A DNA stretch of 64,000 nucleotides from Eledone cirrhosa. Its lineage: Eukaryota. The notes under the pieces are model-generated. The model had not been told where the DNA came from. It saw only the letters and a list, made by a program, of their open reading frames with translations, and did no database searches. The position numbers and the translations under genes are program-made. This document shows positions 41,101-56,159 of the stretch, in pieces. The stretch covers positions 436,790,001-436,854,000 of the forward strand of contig OZ024740.1 in assembly GCA_964016885.1 (NCBI GenBank). The letters run 5' to 3'. Numbering within the stretch: position 1 is the first letter of the stretch; each line of letters opens with the position of its first letter.

Positions 41101-44100
41101 GATAACGCCTCACTGTTCACTACATGTCAAGCTATTTCTGTGATAACCTTTCACTGTTCTCTACATGTCAAGCTATTTGTGAGATAACCTCTCACTGTTC
41201 ACTACTTGTCAAGCTATTTCTGTAATAACTCCTCACTGTTCACTACAGCTCAAGCTATTTCTGTGATAAACACTCACTGTTCACTACATGTCAAGCTATT
41301 TCTGTGATAATCCCTCACTGTTCACTACATGTCAAGCTATTTCTGTGATAACCCCTCACTGTTCACTACATGTCAACTATTTCTGTGATAATCCCTCACT
41401 ATTCACTACATGTCAAGCTATTTCCGGTGATTGCCCCTCACTGTTCACTATATGTCAAGCTATTTCTGTGATAACGCCTCACTGTTCACTATATGTCAAG
41501 CTATTTCTGTGATAATCCCTCACTGTTCACTACATGTCAAGCTATTTCTGTGATAACCTTTCATTGTTCACTACATGTCAAGCTATTTCTGTGATAGCCC
41601 CTCACTGTTCACTACATGTCAAACTATTTCTGTGATAACCCATCACTGTTCACTACATGTCAAGCTATTTCCGGTGATTACCCCCTCACTGTTCACTATA
41701 TGTCAAACTATTTCTGTGATTACCCCTCACGGTTCACTACATGTCAAGCTATTTCTGTGATAAGTTCTCACTGTTCACTACATGTCAAGCTATTTCTGTG
41801 ATAATGCCACACTGTTCACTACATGTCAAGCTATTTCTGTGATAACCCCTCACTGTTCACTACATGTCAAGCTATTTCTGTGATAACCTCTCACTGTTCA
41901 CTACATGTCAAGCTATTTCTGTGATAATCCCTCACTGTTGACTACATGTCAAGCTATTTCTGTGAAAACCCCTCACTGTTCACTACATGTCAAGCTATTT
42001 CTGTGATCACCCCTCACTGTTCACTACATGTCAAGCTATTTCTGTGCTAATCCCTCACTGTTCACTACATGTCAATCTATTTCTGTGATAACCCCTAACT
42101 GTTCACTACATGTCAAGCTATTTCTGTGATAATCCCTCACTGTTCACTACATGTCAAGCTATTTCCGGTGATTACCCCTCACTGTTCACTATATGTCAAG
42201 CTATTTCTGTGATAACCCCTCACTGTTCTCTACATGTCAAGATATTTATGTGATAAGCCCTCACTGTTCACTACATGTCAAGCTATTTCTGTGATAACCC
42301 CTCACTCTTCACTACATGTCAAGCTATTTCTGTGATAGCCCCTCACTGTTCATTACATGTAAAGTTATTTCTGTGATAACTTCTCACCGTTCACTACATG
42401 TCAAGCTATTTCTGTGATAACCTCTCACTGTTCACTACATGTCAAGCTATTTCAGTGATAACCCCTCACTGTTCACTACATTTCAAGCTATTTCTGTGAT
42501 AACCCCTCACTGTTCACTACATGTCAAGCTATTTCTGTGATAACCCCTCACTGTTCACTACATGTCAAGCTATTTCTGTGATAACCTTTCACTGTTCACT
42601 ACATGTCAAGCTATTTCTGTGATAACCTCTCACTGTTCACTGCATGTCAAGCTATTTCTGTGATAAGCCCTCACTGTTCACTACATGTCTAGCTATTTCT
42701 GTGATAACCCCTCATTATTCACTACATGTCAAGCTATTTCTGTGATTACCCCTCACTGTTCACTACATGTCAAGCTATTTCCGGTGATTACCACTCACTG
42801 TTCACTATATGTCAAGCTATTTCTGTGGTAACCTCTCACTGTTAACTACATGTCAAGCTATTTCTGTGATAACCCCTCACTGTTCACTACATGTCAAGTT
42901 ATTTCTGTGATAACCTTTCATTGTTCACTACGTTTCAAGCTATTTCTGTGATAACCTCTCACTGTTCACTACATGTCAAGCTATTTCTGTGATAAGCCCT
43001 CACTGTTCACAACATGTCAACCTATTTCTGTGATTACCCCTCACTGTTCACTACATGTCAAGCTATTTCTGGTGATTACCCCTCACTGTTCACTATATGT
43101 CAAGCTATTTCTGTGATTACCTTTCACTGTTCACTACATGTCAAGCTATTTCTGTGATAATCTCTCACTGGTCACTACATGTAAAGCTATTTCTGTGATA
43201 ACCTCTCACTGTTCACTACATGTCAAGCTATTTCTGTAATAACCCCTCACTGTTCACTATATGTCAAGCTATTTCTGTAATAACCCCTCACTGTTCACTA
43301 CATGTCAAACTATTTCTGTGATAACCCATCACTGTTCACTACATGTCAAGCTATTTCCGGTGATTACCCCTCACTGTTCACTATATGTCAAGCAATTTCT
43401 GTGATTACCCCTCACTGTTCACTACATGGCAAGCTATTTCTGTGATAACCTCTCACTGTTCACTACATGTCAAGCTATTTCTGTGATAACCCCTGACTGT
43501 TCACTACATGTCAAGCTAAATCTGTGATAATCCCACACTGTTCATTACATATCAAGCTATTTCTGTGATAACACCTCACTGTTCCCTACATGTCAAGCTA
43601 TTTCTGTGATAACGCCTCACTGTTCACTACATGTCAAGCTATTTCTGTGATAACCTTTCACTGTTCTCTACATGTCAAGCTATTTGTGTGATAACCTCTC
43701 ACTGTTCACTACTTGTCAAGCTATTTCTGTAATAACTCCTCACTGTTCACTACAGGTCAAGCTATTTCTGTGATAAACACTCACTGTTCACTACATGTCA
43801 AGCTATTTCTGTGATAATCCCTCACTGTTCACTACATGTCAAGCTATTTCTGTGATAACCCCTCACTGTTCACTACATGTCAACTATTTCTGTGATAATC
43901 CCTAATTATTCACTACATGTCAAGCTATTTCCGGTGATTGCCCCTCACTGTTCACTATATGTCAAGCTATTTCTGTGATAACCCCTCACTGTTCACTACA
44001 TGTCAACTATTTCTGTGATAATCCCTCAATATTCACTACATATCAAGCTATTTCCGGTGATTGCCCCTCACTGTTCACTATATGTCAAGCTATTTCTGTG

Positions 44101-47100
44101 ATAACGCCTCACTTTTCACTACATGTCAAGCTATTTCTGAGATAAACCCTCACTGTTCACTACATGTCATGCTATTTCTATGATAACCCCTCACAGTTCA
44201 CTACATATCAAGCTATTTCTGTGATAACCTCTCACTGTTCACTACATGTCAAGCTATTTCTGTGATAACCCCTCACTGTTCACTATATGTCAAGCTATTT
44301 CTGTGATAACCCCTCACTGTTCACTACATTTCAAACTATTTCTGTGATAACCCCTCACTGTTCACTACATGTCAAGCTATTACCGGTGATTACCCCTCAC
44401 TGTTCACTATATGTCAAGCTAATTCTGTGATTACCCCTCACTGTTCACTACATGTCAAGCTATTGCTGTGATAACCTCTCACTATTCACTACATGTCAAG
44501 TTATTTCTGTGATAACCCCTCACTGTTCACTACATGTCAAGCTATTTCTGTGATAACCTCTCACTGTTCACTACATGTCAAGCTATTTGTGTGATAACCT
44601 CTCACTGTTCACTACATGTCAAGCTATTTCTGTGATAACCACTGACTGTTCACTACATGTCAAACTATTTCTGTGATAATCCCTCACTGTTCACTACCTA
44701 TCAAGCTATTTCTGTGGTAACCCCTCACTGTTCACTACATGTCAAGCTATTTCTGTGATAACCCCTCACAGTTCTCTACATGTCAAGCTATTTCTGTAAT
44801 AACCCCTCACTGTTCACTATATGTCAAGCTATTTATGTGATTACCCCTCACTGTTCTCTACATGTCAAGCTATTTCTGTAATAACCCCTCACTGTTCAAT
44901 ACAGGTCAAGCTATTTCTGTGATAAACCCTCACTGTTCACTACATGTCAAGCTATTTCTGTGATAATCCCTCACTGTTGACTACATATCAAGCTATTTCT
45001 GTGATAATCCCTCACTGTTCACTACATGTCAAACTATTTCCGGTGATTGCCCCTCACTGTTCACTACATGTCAACCTATTTCTGTAATTACCCCTCACTG
45101 TTCACTACATGTCAAGCTATTTCTGTGACAATCCCTCACTGTTCTCTACATGTCAAGCTATTTCTGTAATAACCCCTCACTGTTCACTACATGTCAAGCT
45201 ATTTCTGTAATAACCACTCACTGTTCACTATATGTCAAGCTATTTATGTGATAACCCCTCACTGTTCTCTACATGTCAAGCTATTTCTGTAATAACCCCT
45301 CATTGTTCAATACAGGTCAAGCTATTTCTGTGATAAACCCTCACTTTTCACTACATGTCAAGCTATTTCTGTGATAATCCCTCACTGTTCACTACATATC
45401 AAGCTATTTCTGTGATATCCCCTCACTGTTCATTACTTGTCAAGCTATTTCTGTGATAACCCCTCACTGTTCAGTACATATCAAGCTATTTCTGTGATAA
45501 CCCCTCAGTGTTCACTACATGTCAAGCTATTTCTGTGATAACGCCTCACTGTTAACTACATGTCAAGCTATTTCTGTGATAAGCCCTCACTGTTCACTAC
45601 ATGTCAAGCTATTTCTGTGATAACCCCTCACAGTTCACTACATGTCAAGGTATTTCTGTGATAACCTCTCACAGTTCACTACGTGTCAAGCTATTTCTGT
45701 GATAACCTCTCACTGTTCACTACATGTCCTTGCTCTTTCTGTGATAAGCCCTCACTGTTCACTACATGTCAAGCTATTTCTGTGATTACCCCTCACTGTT
45801 CACTACATGTCAAGCTATTTCCTGTTATTATCCCTCACTGTTCACTATATGTCAAGCTATTTCTGTCATTACCCCTCACTGTTCACTACATGTCACGCTA
45901 TTTCTGTGATAACCTGTCACTGTTCACTAGATGTCAAGCTATTTCTGTGATAACCTCTCACTGTTCACTACATGTCAAGCTATTTCTGTGATAACCCCTC
46001 ACTGTTCACTACATGTCACGCTATTTCTGTGAAAACCTGTCATTGTTCACTACATGTCAAGCTATTTCTGTGATAACCTCTCACTGTTCACTACATGTCA
46101 AGCTATTTCTGTGATAACCCCTCACTGTTCACTACATGTCAAGCTATTTCCGGTGATTACCTCTCACTGTTCACTACATTTCGTGCTATTTCTGTGATAA
46201 CCTCTCACTGTTCACTACATGTCAAGCTATTTCTGTGATAACCTCTCACTGTTCACTACATGTCAAGCTTTTTCTGTGATTACCCCTCACTGTTCACTAC
46301 ATGTCAAGCTATTTCTGTGATAACCCCTCACTGTTCACTACATGTCAAACTATTTCTGTGATAATCCCTAAATGTTCATTACATGTCAAGCAATTCCTGT
46401 GATAACCTCTCACTGTTCACTACATGTCAAGCTATTTCTGTGATAACCCCTCACTGTTCACTACATGTCAAGCTGTTTCTGTGATAACCCCTCACTGTTC
46501 ACTACATGTCAAACTATTTCTGTGATAATCCCTCAATGTTCATTACATGTCAAGCAATTCCTGTGATAACCTCTCACAGTTCACTACATGTCAAGCTCTT
46601 TCTGTGAGAACCTGTCACTGTTCACTACATGTCAAGCTATTTCTGTAATAACCACTCACTGTTCACTATATGTCAAGCTATTTATGTGATAACCCCTCAC
46701 TGTTCTCTACATGTCAAACTATTTCTGTAATAACCCCTCACTGTTCACTACAGGTCAAGCTATTTCTGTGATGAACCCTCACTGTTCACTACATGTCAAG
46801 CTATTTCTGTGATAACCCCTCACTGTTCACTACATGTCAACTATTTCTGTGATAATCCCTCACTGTTCACTACATGTCAAGCTATTTCCGGTGATTGCCC
46901 CTCACTGTTCACTATATGTCAAGCTATTTCTGTGATAACCCCTCACAGTTCACTGCATGTCAAGCTATTTCTGTGATAACCTCTCACTGTTCACTACCTG
47001 TCAAGCTATTTCTGTAATAACCTCTCACTGTTCACTACATGTCAAGCTCTTTCTGTGATAAGCCCTCACTGTTCACTACATGTCAAGCTATTTCTGTGAT

Positions 47101-49889
47101 TACCCCTCACTGTTCACTACATGTCAAGCTATTTCCGGTGATTATCCCTCACTGTTCACTATATGTCAAGCTATTTCTGTCATTACCCCTCACTGTTCAC
47201 TACATGTCACGCTATTTCTGTGATAACCTCTCACTGTTCACTACATGTCACGCTATTTCTGTGATAACCTGTCACTGTTCACTACATGTCAAGCTATTTC
47301 TGTGATAACCTCTCACTGTTCACTACATGTCAAGCTATTTCTGTGATAACCGCTCACTGTTCACTACATGTCAAGCTATTTCTGTGCTAATCCCTCACTG
47401 TTCATTACATTTCAAGCTATTTCTGTGATAACCCCTAACTGTTCACTACATGTCAAGCTATTTCTGTGATAATCCCTCACTGTTCACTACATGTCAAGCT
47501 ATTTCCGGTGATTAACCCTCACTGTTCACTATATGTCAAGCTATTTCTATGATAACCCCTCACTGTTCTCAAAATGTCAAGCTAATTCTGTGATAACCCC
47601 TCACTGTTTACTACATGTTAAGCTATTTCTGTGATAACCCCTCACTGTTCACTTCATGTAAAGCTATTTCTGTGATAACCTCTCCCTGTTCACTACATGT
47701 CAAGCTATTTCTGTGATAACCTCTCACTGTTCGATACATGTCATGCTATTTCTGTGATAACCCCTCACTGTTCACTACATGTCAAGCTATTTCTGTGATA
47801 ACCCCTCACTGTTCACTACATGTCAAGCTATTTCTGTGATAACCCCTCACTGTTTACTACATGTCAAGCTATTTCTGAGATAACCTTTCATTGTTCACTA
47901 CATGTAAAGCTATTTCTGTGATAACCTCTCACTGTTCACTACATGTCAAGCTATTTCTGTGATAAGCCCTCACTGTTCACTACATGTCTAGCTATTTCTG
48001 TGATAACCCCTCATTGTTCACTATATATCAAGCTATTTCTGTGATAATCCCTCACTGTTCACTAGATGTCAAGCTATTTCCGGTGATTACCCCTCACTGT
48101 CCACTATATGTCAAGCTATTTCTGTGATAACCTCTCACTGTTAACTACATGTCAAGCTATTTCTGTGATAACCTCTTACTGTTCGCTACATGTCAAGCTA
48201 TTTCTGTGATAACCCCTCACTGTTCACTACATGTCAAGCTGTTTCTGTGATAACCCCTCACTGTTCACTACATGTCAAACTATTTCTGTGATAATCCCTC
48301 AATGTTCATTACATGTCAAGCAATTCCTGTGATAACCTCTCACAGTTCACTACATGTCAAGCTCTTTCTGTGAGAACCTGTCACTGTTCACTACATGTCA
48401 AGCTATTTCTGTGATAACCTCTCACTGTTCACTATATGTCAAGCTATTTCTGTGATAATCCCTCACTGTTCACTACATGCCAAGCTATTTCTGTGAATAC
48501 CCCTCACTTTTTATTACATGTCACGCTATTTCTGTGATAACCCCTCACTGTTCACTACCTGTCAAGCTATTTCTGTGATAACCCCTCATTGTTCACTACA
48601 TGTCAAGCTATTTCTGTGATTACCCCGCAGTGTTCACTACATGTCAATCTATTTCCGGTGATTACCCCTCACTGTTCACTAAATGTCAAGCTATTTCTGT
48701 GTTTACCTTTCACTGTTCACTACATGTCAAGCTATTTCTGTGATAACCTCTCACTGGTCACTACATGTAAAGCTATTTCTGTGATAACCCCTCACTGTAC
48801 ACTATATGTCAAGCTATTTCTGTGATAACCCCTCACTGTTCACTACATGTCAAGCTACTTCCGGTGATTACCCCTCACTGTTCACTATATGTCAAGCTAT
48901 TTCTGTGATTACCCCTCACTGTTCACTACGTGTCAAGCTATTTCTGTGATAACCTCTCACTGTTCACTACATGTCAAGCTCTTTCTGTGATAACCTGTCA
49001 CTGTTCACTACATGTCAAGCTATTTCTGTGATAACCTCTCACTGTTCACTATATGTCAAGCTATTTCTGTGATAACCTGTCACTGTTCACTACATGTCAA
49101 GCTATTTGTGTGATAACCTCTCACTGTTCACTACATGTCAAGCTATTTCTGTGATAACCCCTGACTGTTCACTACATGTCAAGCTATTTCTGTGATAATC
49201 CCTCACTGTTAATTACATATCAAGCTATTTCTGTGATACGCCCTCACTGTTCACTACATGTCAAGCTATTTCTGTGATAACGCCTCACTGTTCACTACAT
49301 GTCAAGCTATTTCTGTGATAACCCCTCATTGTTCACTACATGTCAAGCTATTTCTGTGATAACCTTTCACAGTTCTCTACATGTCAAGCTATTTCTGTGA
49401 TAACCTCTCACTGTTCACTACATTTCAAGCTATTTCTGTGATAACCCCTCACTGTTCACTACATGTCAAACTATTTCTGTGATAACGCCTCACTGTTCAC
49501 TACATGTCTAGCTATTTCTGTGATAAGCCCTCACTGTTCACTACATGCCAAGCTATTTCTGTGATAACCCCTCACAGTTCACTGCATGTCAAGCTATTTC
49601 CGTGATAACCTCTCACTGTTCACTACCTGTCAAGCTATTTCTGTGATAACCTCTCACTGTTCACTACATGTCAAGCTCTTTCTGTGATAAGCCCTCACTG
49701 TTCACTACATGTCAAGTTATTTCTGTGATTACCACTCACTGTTCACTACATGTCAAGCTATTTCCGGTGATTATCCCTCACTGATCACTATATGTCAAGC
49801 TATTTCTGTGATAACCTCTCACTGTTCACTACATGTCAAGCTATTTCTGTGATAACCTCTCACTGTTCACTACATGTCAAGCTATTTCT
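26198..49889. repeat. Higher-order tandem duplication, unit ~11.8 kb (~287/288 monomers), 2 copies (~26198-37989 and ~37990-49822)
   Basis: Nine identical ORF pairs recur at +11792 (e.g. 27071/38863, 29496/41288) and then at +11833 (33850/45683, 35206/47039, 36756/48589), a shift of one monomer near 43230-43290. The private ATGTCCTTGCTCT variant occurs at ~33891 and ~45724. Confidence 0.96.
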
Positions 49890-52189
49890 CGTATAACCCC
49901 TCACTGTTCACTACATGTCACGCTATTTCTGTGATAACCTGTCACTGTTCACTACATGTCAAGCTATTTCTGTGATAACCTCTCACTGGTCACTACATGT
50001 CAAGCTATTTCTGTGATAACCTCTCTCTGTTCACTACATGTCAAGCTATTTCTGTGCTAATCCCTCACTGTTCACTACATGTCAAGCTATTTCTGTGATA
50101 ACCCCTAACTATTCACTACATGTCAAGCTATTTCTGTGATAATCCCTCACTGTTCACTACATGTCAAGCTATTTCTGTGATAACCCCTCACTGTTCACTA
50201 GATGTAAAGCTATTTCTGTGATAACCTCTCACTGTTCACTACATGTCAAGCTATTTCTGTGATAACCTCTCACTGTTCACTAAATGTCAAGCTATTTCTG
50301 TGATAACCCCTCACTGTTCACTACATGTCAAGCTATTTCTGTGATAACCTTTCAATGTTCACTACATGTAAAGCTATTTCATTGATAACCTCTCACTGTT
50401 CACTACATGTCAAGCTATTTCTGTGATAAGCCCTCACTGTTCACTACATGTCTAGCTATTTCTGTGATAACCCCTCATTGTTCACTACATGTCAAGCTAT
50501 TTATGTGATTACCCCTCACTGTTCACTACATGTCAAGCTATTTCCGGTGATTACCCCTCACTGTTCACTATATGACAAGCTATTTCTGTGATAACCTCTC
50601 ACTGTTAACTACATTTCAAGCTATTTCTGTGATAACCTCTTACTGTTCGCTACATGTCAAGCTATTTCTGTGATAACCCCTCACTGTTCACTACATGTCA
50701 ATCTGTTTCTGTGATAACCCCTCACTGTTCACTACACGTCAAACTATTTCTGTGATAATCCCTCAATGTTCATTACATGTCAAGCAATTCCTGTGATAAC
50801 CTCTCACAGTTCACTACATGTCAAGCTCTTTCTGTGATAACCTGTCACTGTTCACTACATGTCAAGCTATTTCTGTGATAACCTCTCACTGTTCACTACA
50901 TGTCAAGCTATTTCTGTGATAACCCCTTATTGTTCACTACATGTCAAGCTATTTCTGTGATTACCCCTAAGTGTTCACTACATGTCAAGCTATTCCCGTG
51001 ATTACCCCTCACTGTTCACTATATGTCAAGCTATTTCTGTGATTACCTTCACTGTTCACTACTTGTCAAGCTATTTCTGTGATAACCTCTCACTGGTCAC
51101 TACATGTCAAGCTATTTCTGTGATAATCCCTCACTGTTCATTACATATCAAGCTATTTCTGTGATAACCCCTCACTGTTCACTACATGTCAAGCTATTTC
51201 TGTGATAACCTCTCACTGTTCACTACATGTCAAGCTATTTGTGTGATAACCTCTCACTGTTCACTACATGTCAAGCTATTTCTGTGATAACCCCTCACTG
51301 TTCACTACATGTCAAGCTATTTCTGTGATAACCCCTCATTGTTCACTACATGTCAAGCTATTTCTGTGATTACCCCTAAGTGTTCACTACATGTCAAGCT
51401 ATTTCCGTTGATTACCCCTCACTGTTCACTATATGTCAAGCTATTTCTGTGATTACCTTTCACTGTTCACTACATGTCAAGCTATTTCTGTGATAACCTC
51501 TCACTGGTCACTACATGTCAAGCTATTTCTGTGATAATCCCTCACTGTTCATTACATATCAAGCTATTTCTGTGATAACCCTCACTGTTCACTACATGCC
51601 AAGCTATTTCTGTGATAAAGCCTCACTGTTCACTACATGTCAAGCTATTTCTGTGATAACCCCTCATTGTTCACTACATGTCAAGCTATTTCTGTGATAA
51701 CCTTTCACTGTTCTCTACATGTCAAGCTATTTGTGTGATAACCTCTCACTGTTCACTAGATTTCAAGCTATTTCTGTGATAACCCCTCACTGTTCACTAC
51801 ATGTCAAGCTATTTCTGTGATAACCCCTCATTGTTCACTACATGTCAAGCTATTTCTGTAATTACCCCTCACTGTCCACTACATGTCAAGCTATTTCTGT
51901 GATAACCCCTCTCTGTTCTCTACATGTCAAGCTATTTCTGTAATAACCCCTCACTGTTCACTACATGTCAAGCTATTTCTGTAATAACCACTCACTGTTC
52001 ACTATATGTCAAGCTATTTATGTGATAACCCCTCACTGTTCTCTACATGTCAAGCTATTTCTGTAATAACCCCTCACTGTTCACTATAGGTCAAGCTATT
52101 TCTGTGATAAACCCTCACTGTTCACTACATGTCAAGCTATTTCTGTGATAATCCCTCACTGTTCACTACATGTCAAGCTATTTCTGTGA

Positions 52190-55100
52190 TAACCCCTCAC
52201 TGTTCACTACATGTCAACTATTTCTGTGATAATCCCTCACTGTTCACTACATGTCAAGCTATTTCCGGTGATTACCCCTCACTGTTCACTATATGTCAAG
52301 CTATTTCTGTGATAACCTCTCACTGTTAACTACATGTCAAGCTATTTCTGTGATAACCTCTTACTGTTCGCTACATGTCAAGCTATTTCTGTGATAACCC
52401 CTCACTGTTCACTACATGTCAAGCTGTTTCTGTGATAACCCCTCACTGTTCACTACATGTCAAACTATTTCTGTGATAATCCCTCAATGTTCATTACATG
52501 TCAAGCAATTCCTGTGATAACCTCTCACAGTTCACTACATGTCAAGCTCTTTCTGTGATAACCTGTCACTGTTCACTACATGTCAAGCTATTTCTGTGAT
52601 AACCTCTCACTGTTCACTATATGTCAAGCTATTTCTGTGATAATCCCTCACTGTTCACTACATGCCAAGCTATTTCTGTGAATACCCCTCACTTTTTATT
52701 ACATGTCACGCTATTTCTGTGATAACCCCTCACTTTTCACTACATGTCAAGCTATTTCTGTGATAACCTTTCACTGTTCACTACATGTCAAGCTATTTCT
52801 GTGATAACCTCTCACTGTTCACTACATGTCAAGCTATTTCCGGTGATTACCCCTCAGTGTTCACTATATGTCAAGCTATTTCTGTGATTACCCCTCACTG
52901 TTCACTACATGTCAAGCTATTTCTGTGATAACCTCTCACTGGTCACTACATGTAAAGCTATTTCTGTGATAACCTCTCACTGTTCACTACATGTCAAGCT
53001 ATTTCTGTGATAACCCTTCACTGTTCACTATATGTCAAGCTATTTCTGTGATAACCCCTCACTGTTCACTACATGTCACGCTATTCCTGTGATAACCTGT
53101 CACTGTTCACTACATGTCAAGCTATTTCTGTGATAACCTCTCACTGTTCACTACATGTCAAGCTATTTCTGTGATAACCCCTCACTGTTCACTACATGTC
53201 ACGCTATTTATGTGATAACCTGTCACTGTTCACTACATGTCAAGCTATTTCTGTGATAACCTCTCACTGTTCACTACATGTCAAGCTATTTCTGTGATAA
53301 CCCCTCACTGTTCACTACATGTCAAGCTATTTCTGTGATAACCCCTCACTGTTCACTACATGTCAAGCTATTTCTGTGATAACCCCTCACTGTTCACTAC
53401 ATGTCAAGCTATTTCTGTGATAAACCCTCACTGTTCACTACATGTCAAGTTATTTCTGTGATAACCTTTCACTGTTCACTACATGTCAAGCTATTTCTGT
53501 GATAACCTCTTACTGTTCACTACATGTCAAGCTATTTCTGTGATAAGCCCTCACTGTTCACTACATGTCTAGCTATTTCTGTGATAACCCCTCATTGTTC
53601 ACTACATGTCAAGCTATTTCTGTGATTACCCCTCTCTGTTCACTACATGTCAAGCTATTTCCGGTGATTACCCCTCACTGTTCTCTACATGTCAAGATAT
53701 TTATGTGATAACCCCTCACTGTTCACTACATGTCGAGCTATTTCTGTGATAACCCCTCACTGATCACTACATGTCAACTATTTCTGTGATAATCCCTCAC
53801 TGTTCACTACATGTCAAGCTATTTCCGGTGATTACCCCTCACTGTTCACTATATGTCAAGCTATTTCTGTGATAACCTCTCACTGTTAACTACATGTCAA
53901 GCTATTTCTGTGATAACCTCTTACTGTTCGCTACATGTCAAGCTATTTCTGTGATAACCACTCACTGTTCACTACATGTCAATCTGTTTCTGTGATAACC
54001 CCTCACTGTTCACTACATGTCAAACTATTTCTGTGATAATCCCTCAATGTTCATTACATGTCAAGCAATTCCTGTGATAACCTCTCACAGTTCACTACAT
54101 GTCAAGCTCTTTCTGTGATAACCTGTCACTGTTCACTACATGTCAAGCTATTTCTGTGATAACCTCTCACTGTTCACTATATGTCAAGCTATTTCTGTGA
54201 TAATCCCTCACTGTTCACTACATGCCAAGCTATTTCTGTGAATACCCCTCACTTTTTATTACATGTCACGCTATTTCTGTGATAACCCCTCACTTTTCAC
54301 TACATGTCAAGCTATTTCTGTGATAACCTTTCACTGTTCACTACATGTCAAGCTATTTCTGTGATAAACTCTCACTGTTCACTACATGTCAAGCTATTTC
54401 CGGTGATTACCCCTCATTGTTCACTATATGTCAAGCTATTTCTGTGATTACCCCTCACTGTTCACTACATGTCAAGCTATTTCTGTGATAACCTCTCACT
54501 GGTCACTACATGTAAAGCTATTTCTGTGATAACCTCTCACTGTTCACTACATGTCAAGCTATTTCTGTGATAACCCTTCACTGTTCACTATATGTCAAGC
54601 TATTTCTGTGATAACCCCTCACTGTTCACTACATGTCACGCTATTTCTGTGATAACCTGTCACTGTTCACTACATGTCAAGCTATTTCTGTGATAACCTC
54701 TCACTGTTCACTACATGTCAAGCTATTTCTGTGATAACCCCTCACTGTTCACTACATGTCACGCTATTTCTGTGATAACCTGTCACTGTTAACTACATGT
54801 CAAGCTATTTCTGTGATAACCTCTCACTGTTCACTACATGTCAAGCTATTTCTGTGATAACCCCTCACTGTTCACTACATGTCAAGCTGTTTCTGTGATA
54901 ATCTCTCACTGTTCACTACATGTCAAGCTATTTCTGTGATAACCCCTCACTGTTCACTACATGTCAAGCTATTTCTGTGATAACCCCTCACTGTTCACTA
55001 CATGTCAAGCTATTTCTGTGATAAACCCTCACTGTTCACTACATGTCAAGTTATTTCTGTGATAACCTTTCACTGTTCACTACATGTCAAGCGATTTCTG

Positions 55101-55200
55101 TGATAACCTCTCACTGTTCACTACATGTCAAGCTATTTCTGTGATAAGCCCTCACTGTTCACTACATGTCTAGCTATTTCTGTGATAACCCCTCACTGTT
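52190..55200. repeat. Tandem duplication, unit ~1,560 bp (38 monomers); related partial copy at ~59840-61000
   Basis: ATGTCAACTA at 52211/53771, AATACCCCTCACTTTTTATT at 52681/54241, TAACCCTTCA at 53011/54571. Confidence 0.9.
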
Positions 55201-56159
55201 CACTACATGTCATTCTATTTCTGTGATTACCCCTCACTGTTCACTACATGTCAAGCTATTTCTGTGATAACCCCTCACTTTTCACTACATGACAAGCTAT
55301 TTCTGTGATTACCCCTCACTGTTCACTATATGTCAAGCTATTTCTGTGATAACCCCCCACTCTTCACTACATGTCAAGCTATTTCGGTAATTACCCCTCA
55401 CTGTTCACTACATGTAAAGCTATTTCTGTCATTACCCCTCACTTTTAACTACATGTCAAGTTATTTCTGTGATTACCCCTCACTGTTCACTACATGTCAA
55501 GCTATTTCGGTGATAACCCTCACTGTTCACAACATGTCAAGCTATTTCTGTGGTTACCCCTCACTTTCCACTACATGTCAAGCTATTTCTGTGATTACCC
55601 CTCACTGTTCACTACATGTACAGCTATTTCTATAATAACCCCTCACTGTTCACTACATGTCAAGCTATTTCTGTGATTACCCCTCACTGTTCACTACATG
55701 TCAAGCTATTTCTGTCATAACCCCTCACTGTTCACTACATGTCAAACTATGTCTGTGATAATCTCTCACTGCTCACTACATGTCAAGCTATTTCTGTAAT
55801 TACCCCTCACTGTTCACTACATGTCAAGCTATTTCTGTCATAAACCCTCACTGTTCACTACATGTCAAGCTATTTCTGTGATAACCTCTCACTGTTCCCT
55901 ACATGTCAAGCTATTTCTGTGATAATCCCTCACTGTTCACTACATGTCAAGCTATTTCTGTGATAACCCCTCACTGTTAACTACATGTCAAGCTATTTCT
56001 GTCATAATCCCTCACTGTTCACTACATGTCAAGCTATTTCTCTGATAACCTCTCACTGTTCACTACATGTCAAGCTATTTCTGTGATAACCCCTCACTGT
56101 TCACTACATGTCAAGATATTTCTGTGATTACCCCTCACTGTTCACTACGTGTCAAGCTA

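Noticed and set aside
1464-49889. 11.8-kb unit as a dimer of the 5.79-kb unit
   Set aside because: 2x5790 = 11580, not 11792, and the private variants of the 5.79-kb unit (e.g. ACATGCGAAG, CACTTGTCAC) were not seen in the 11.8-kb unit.
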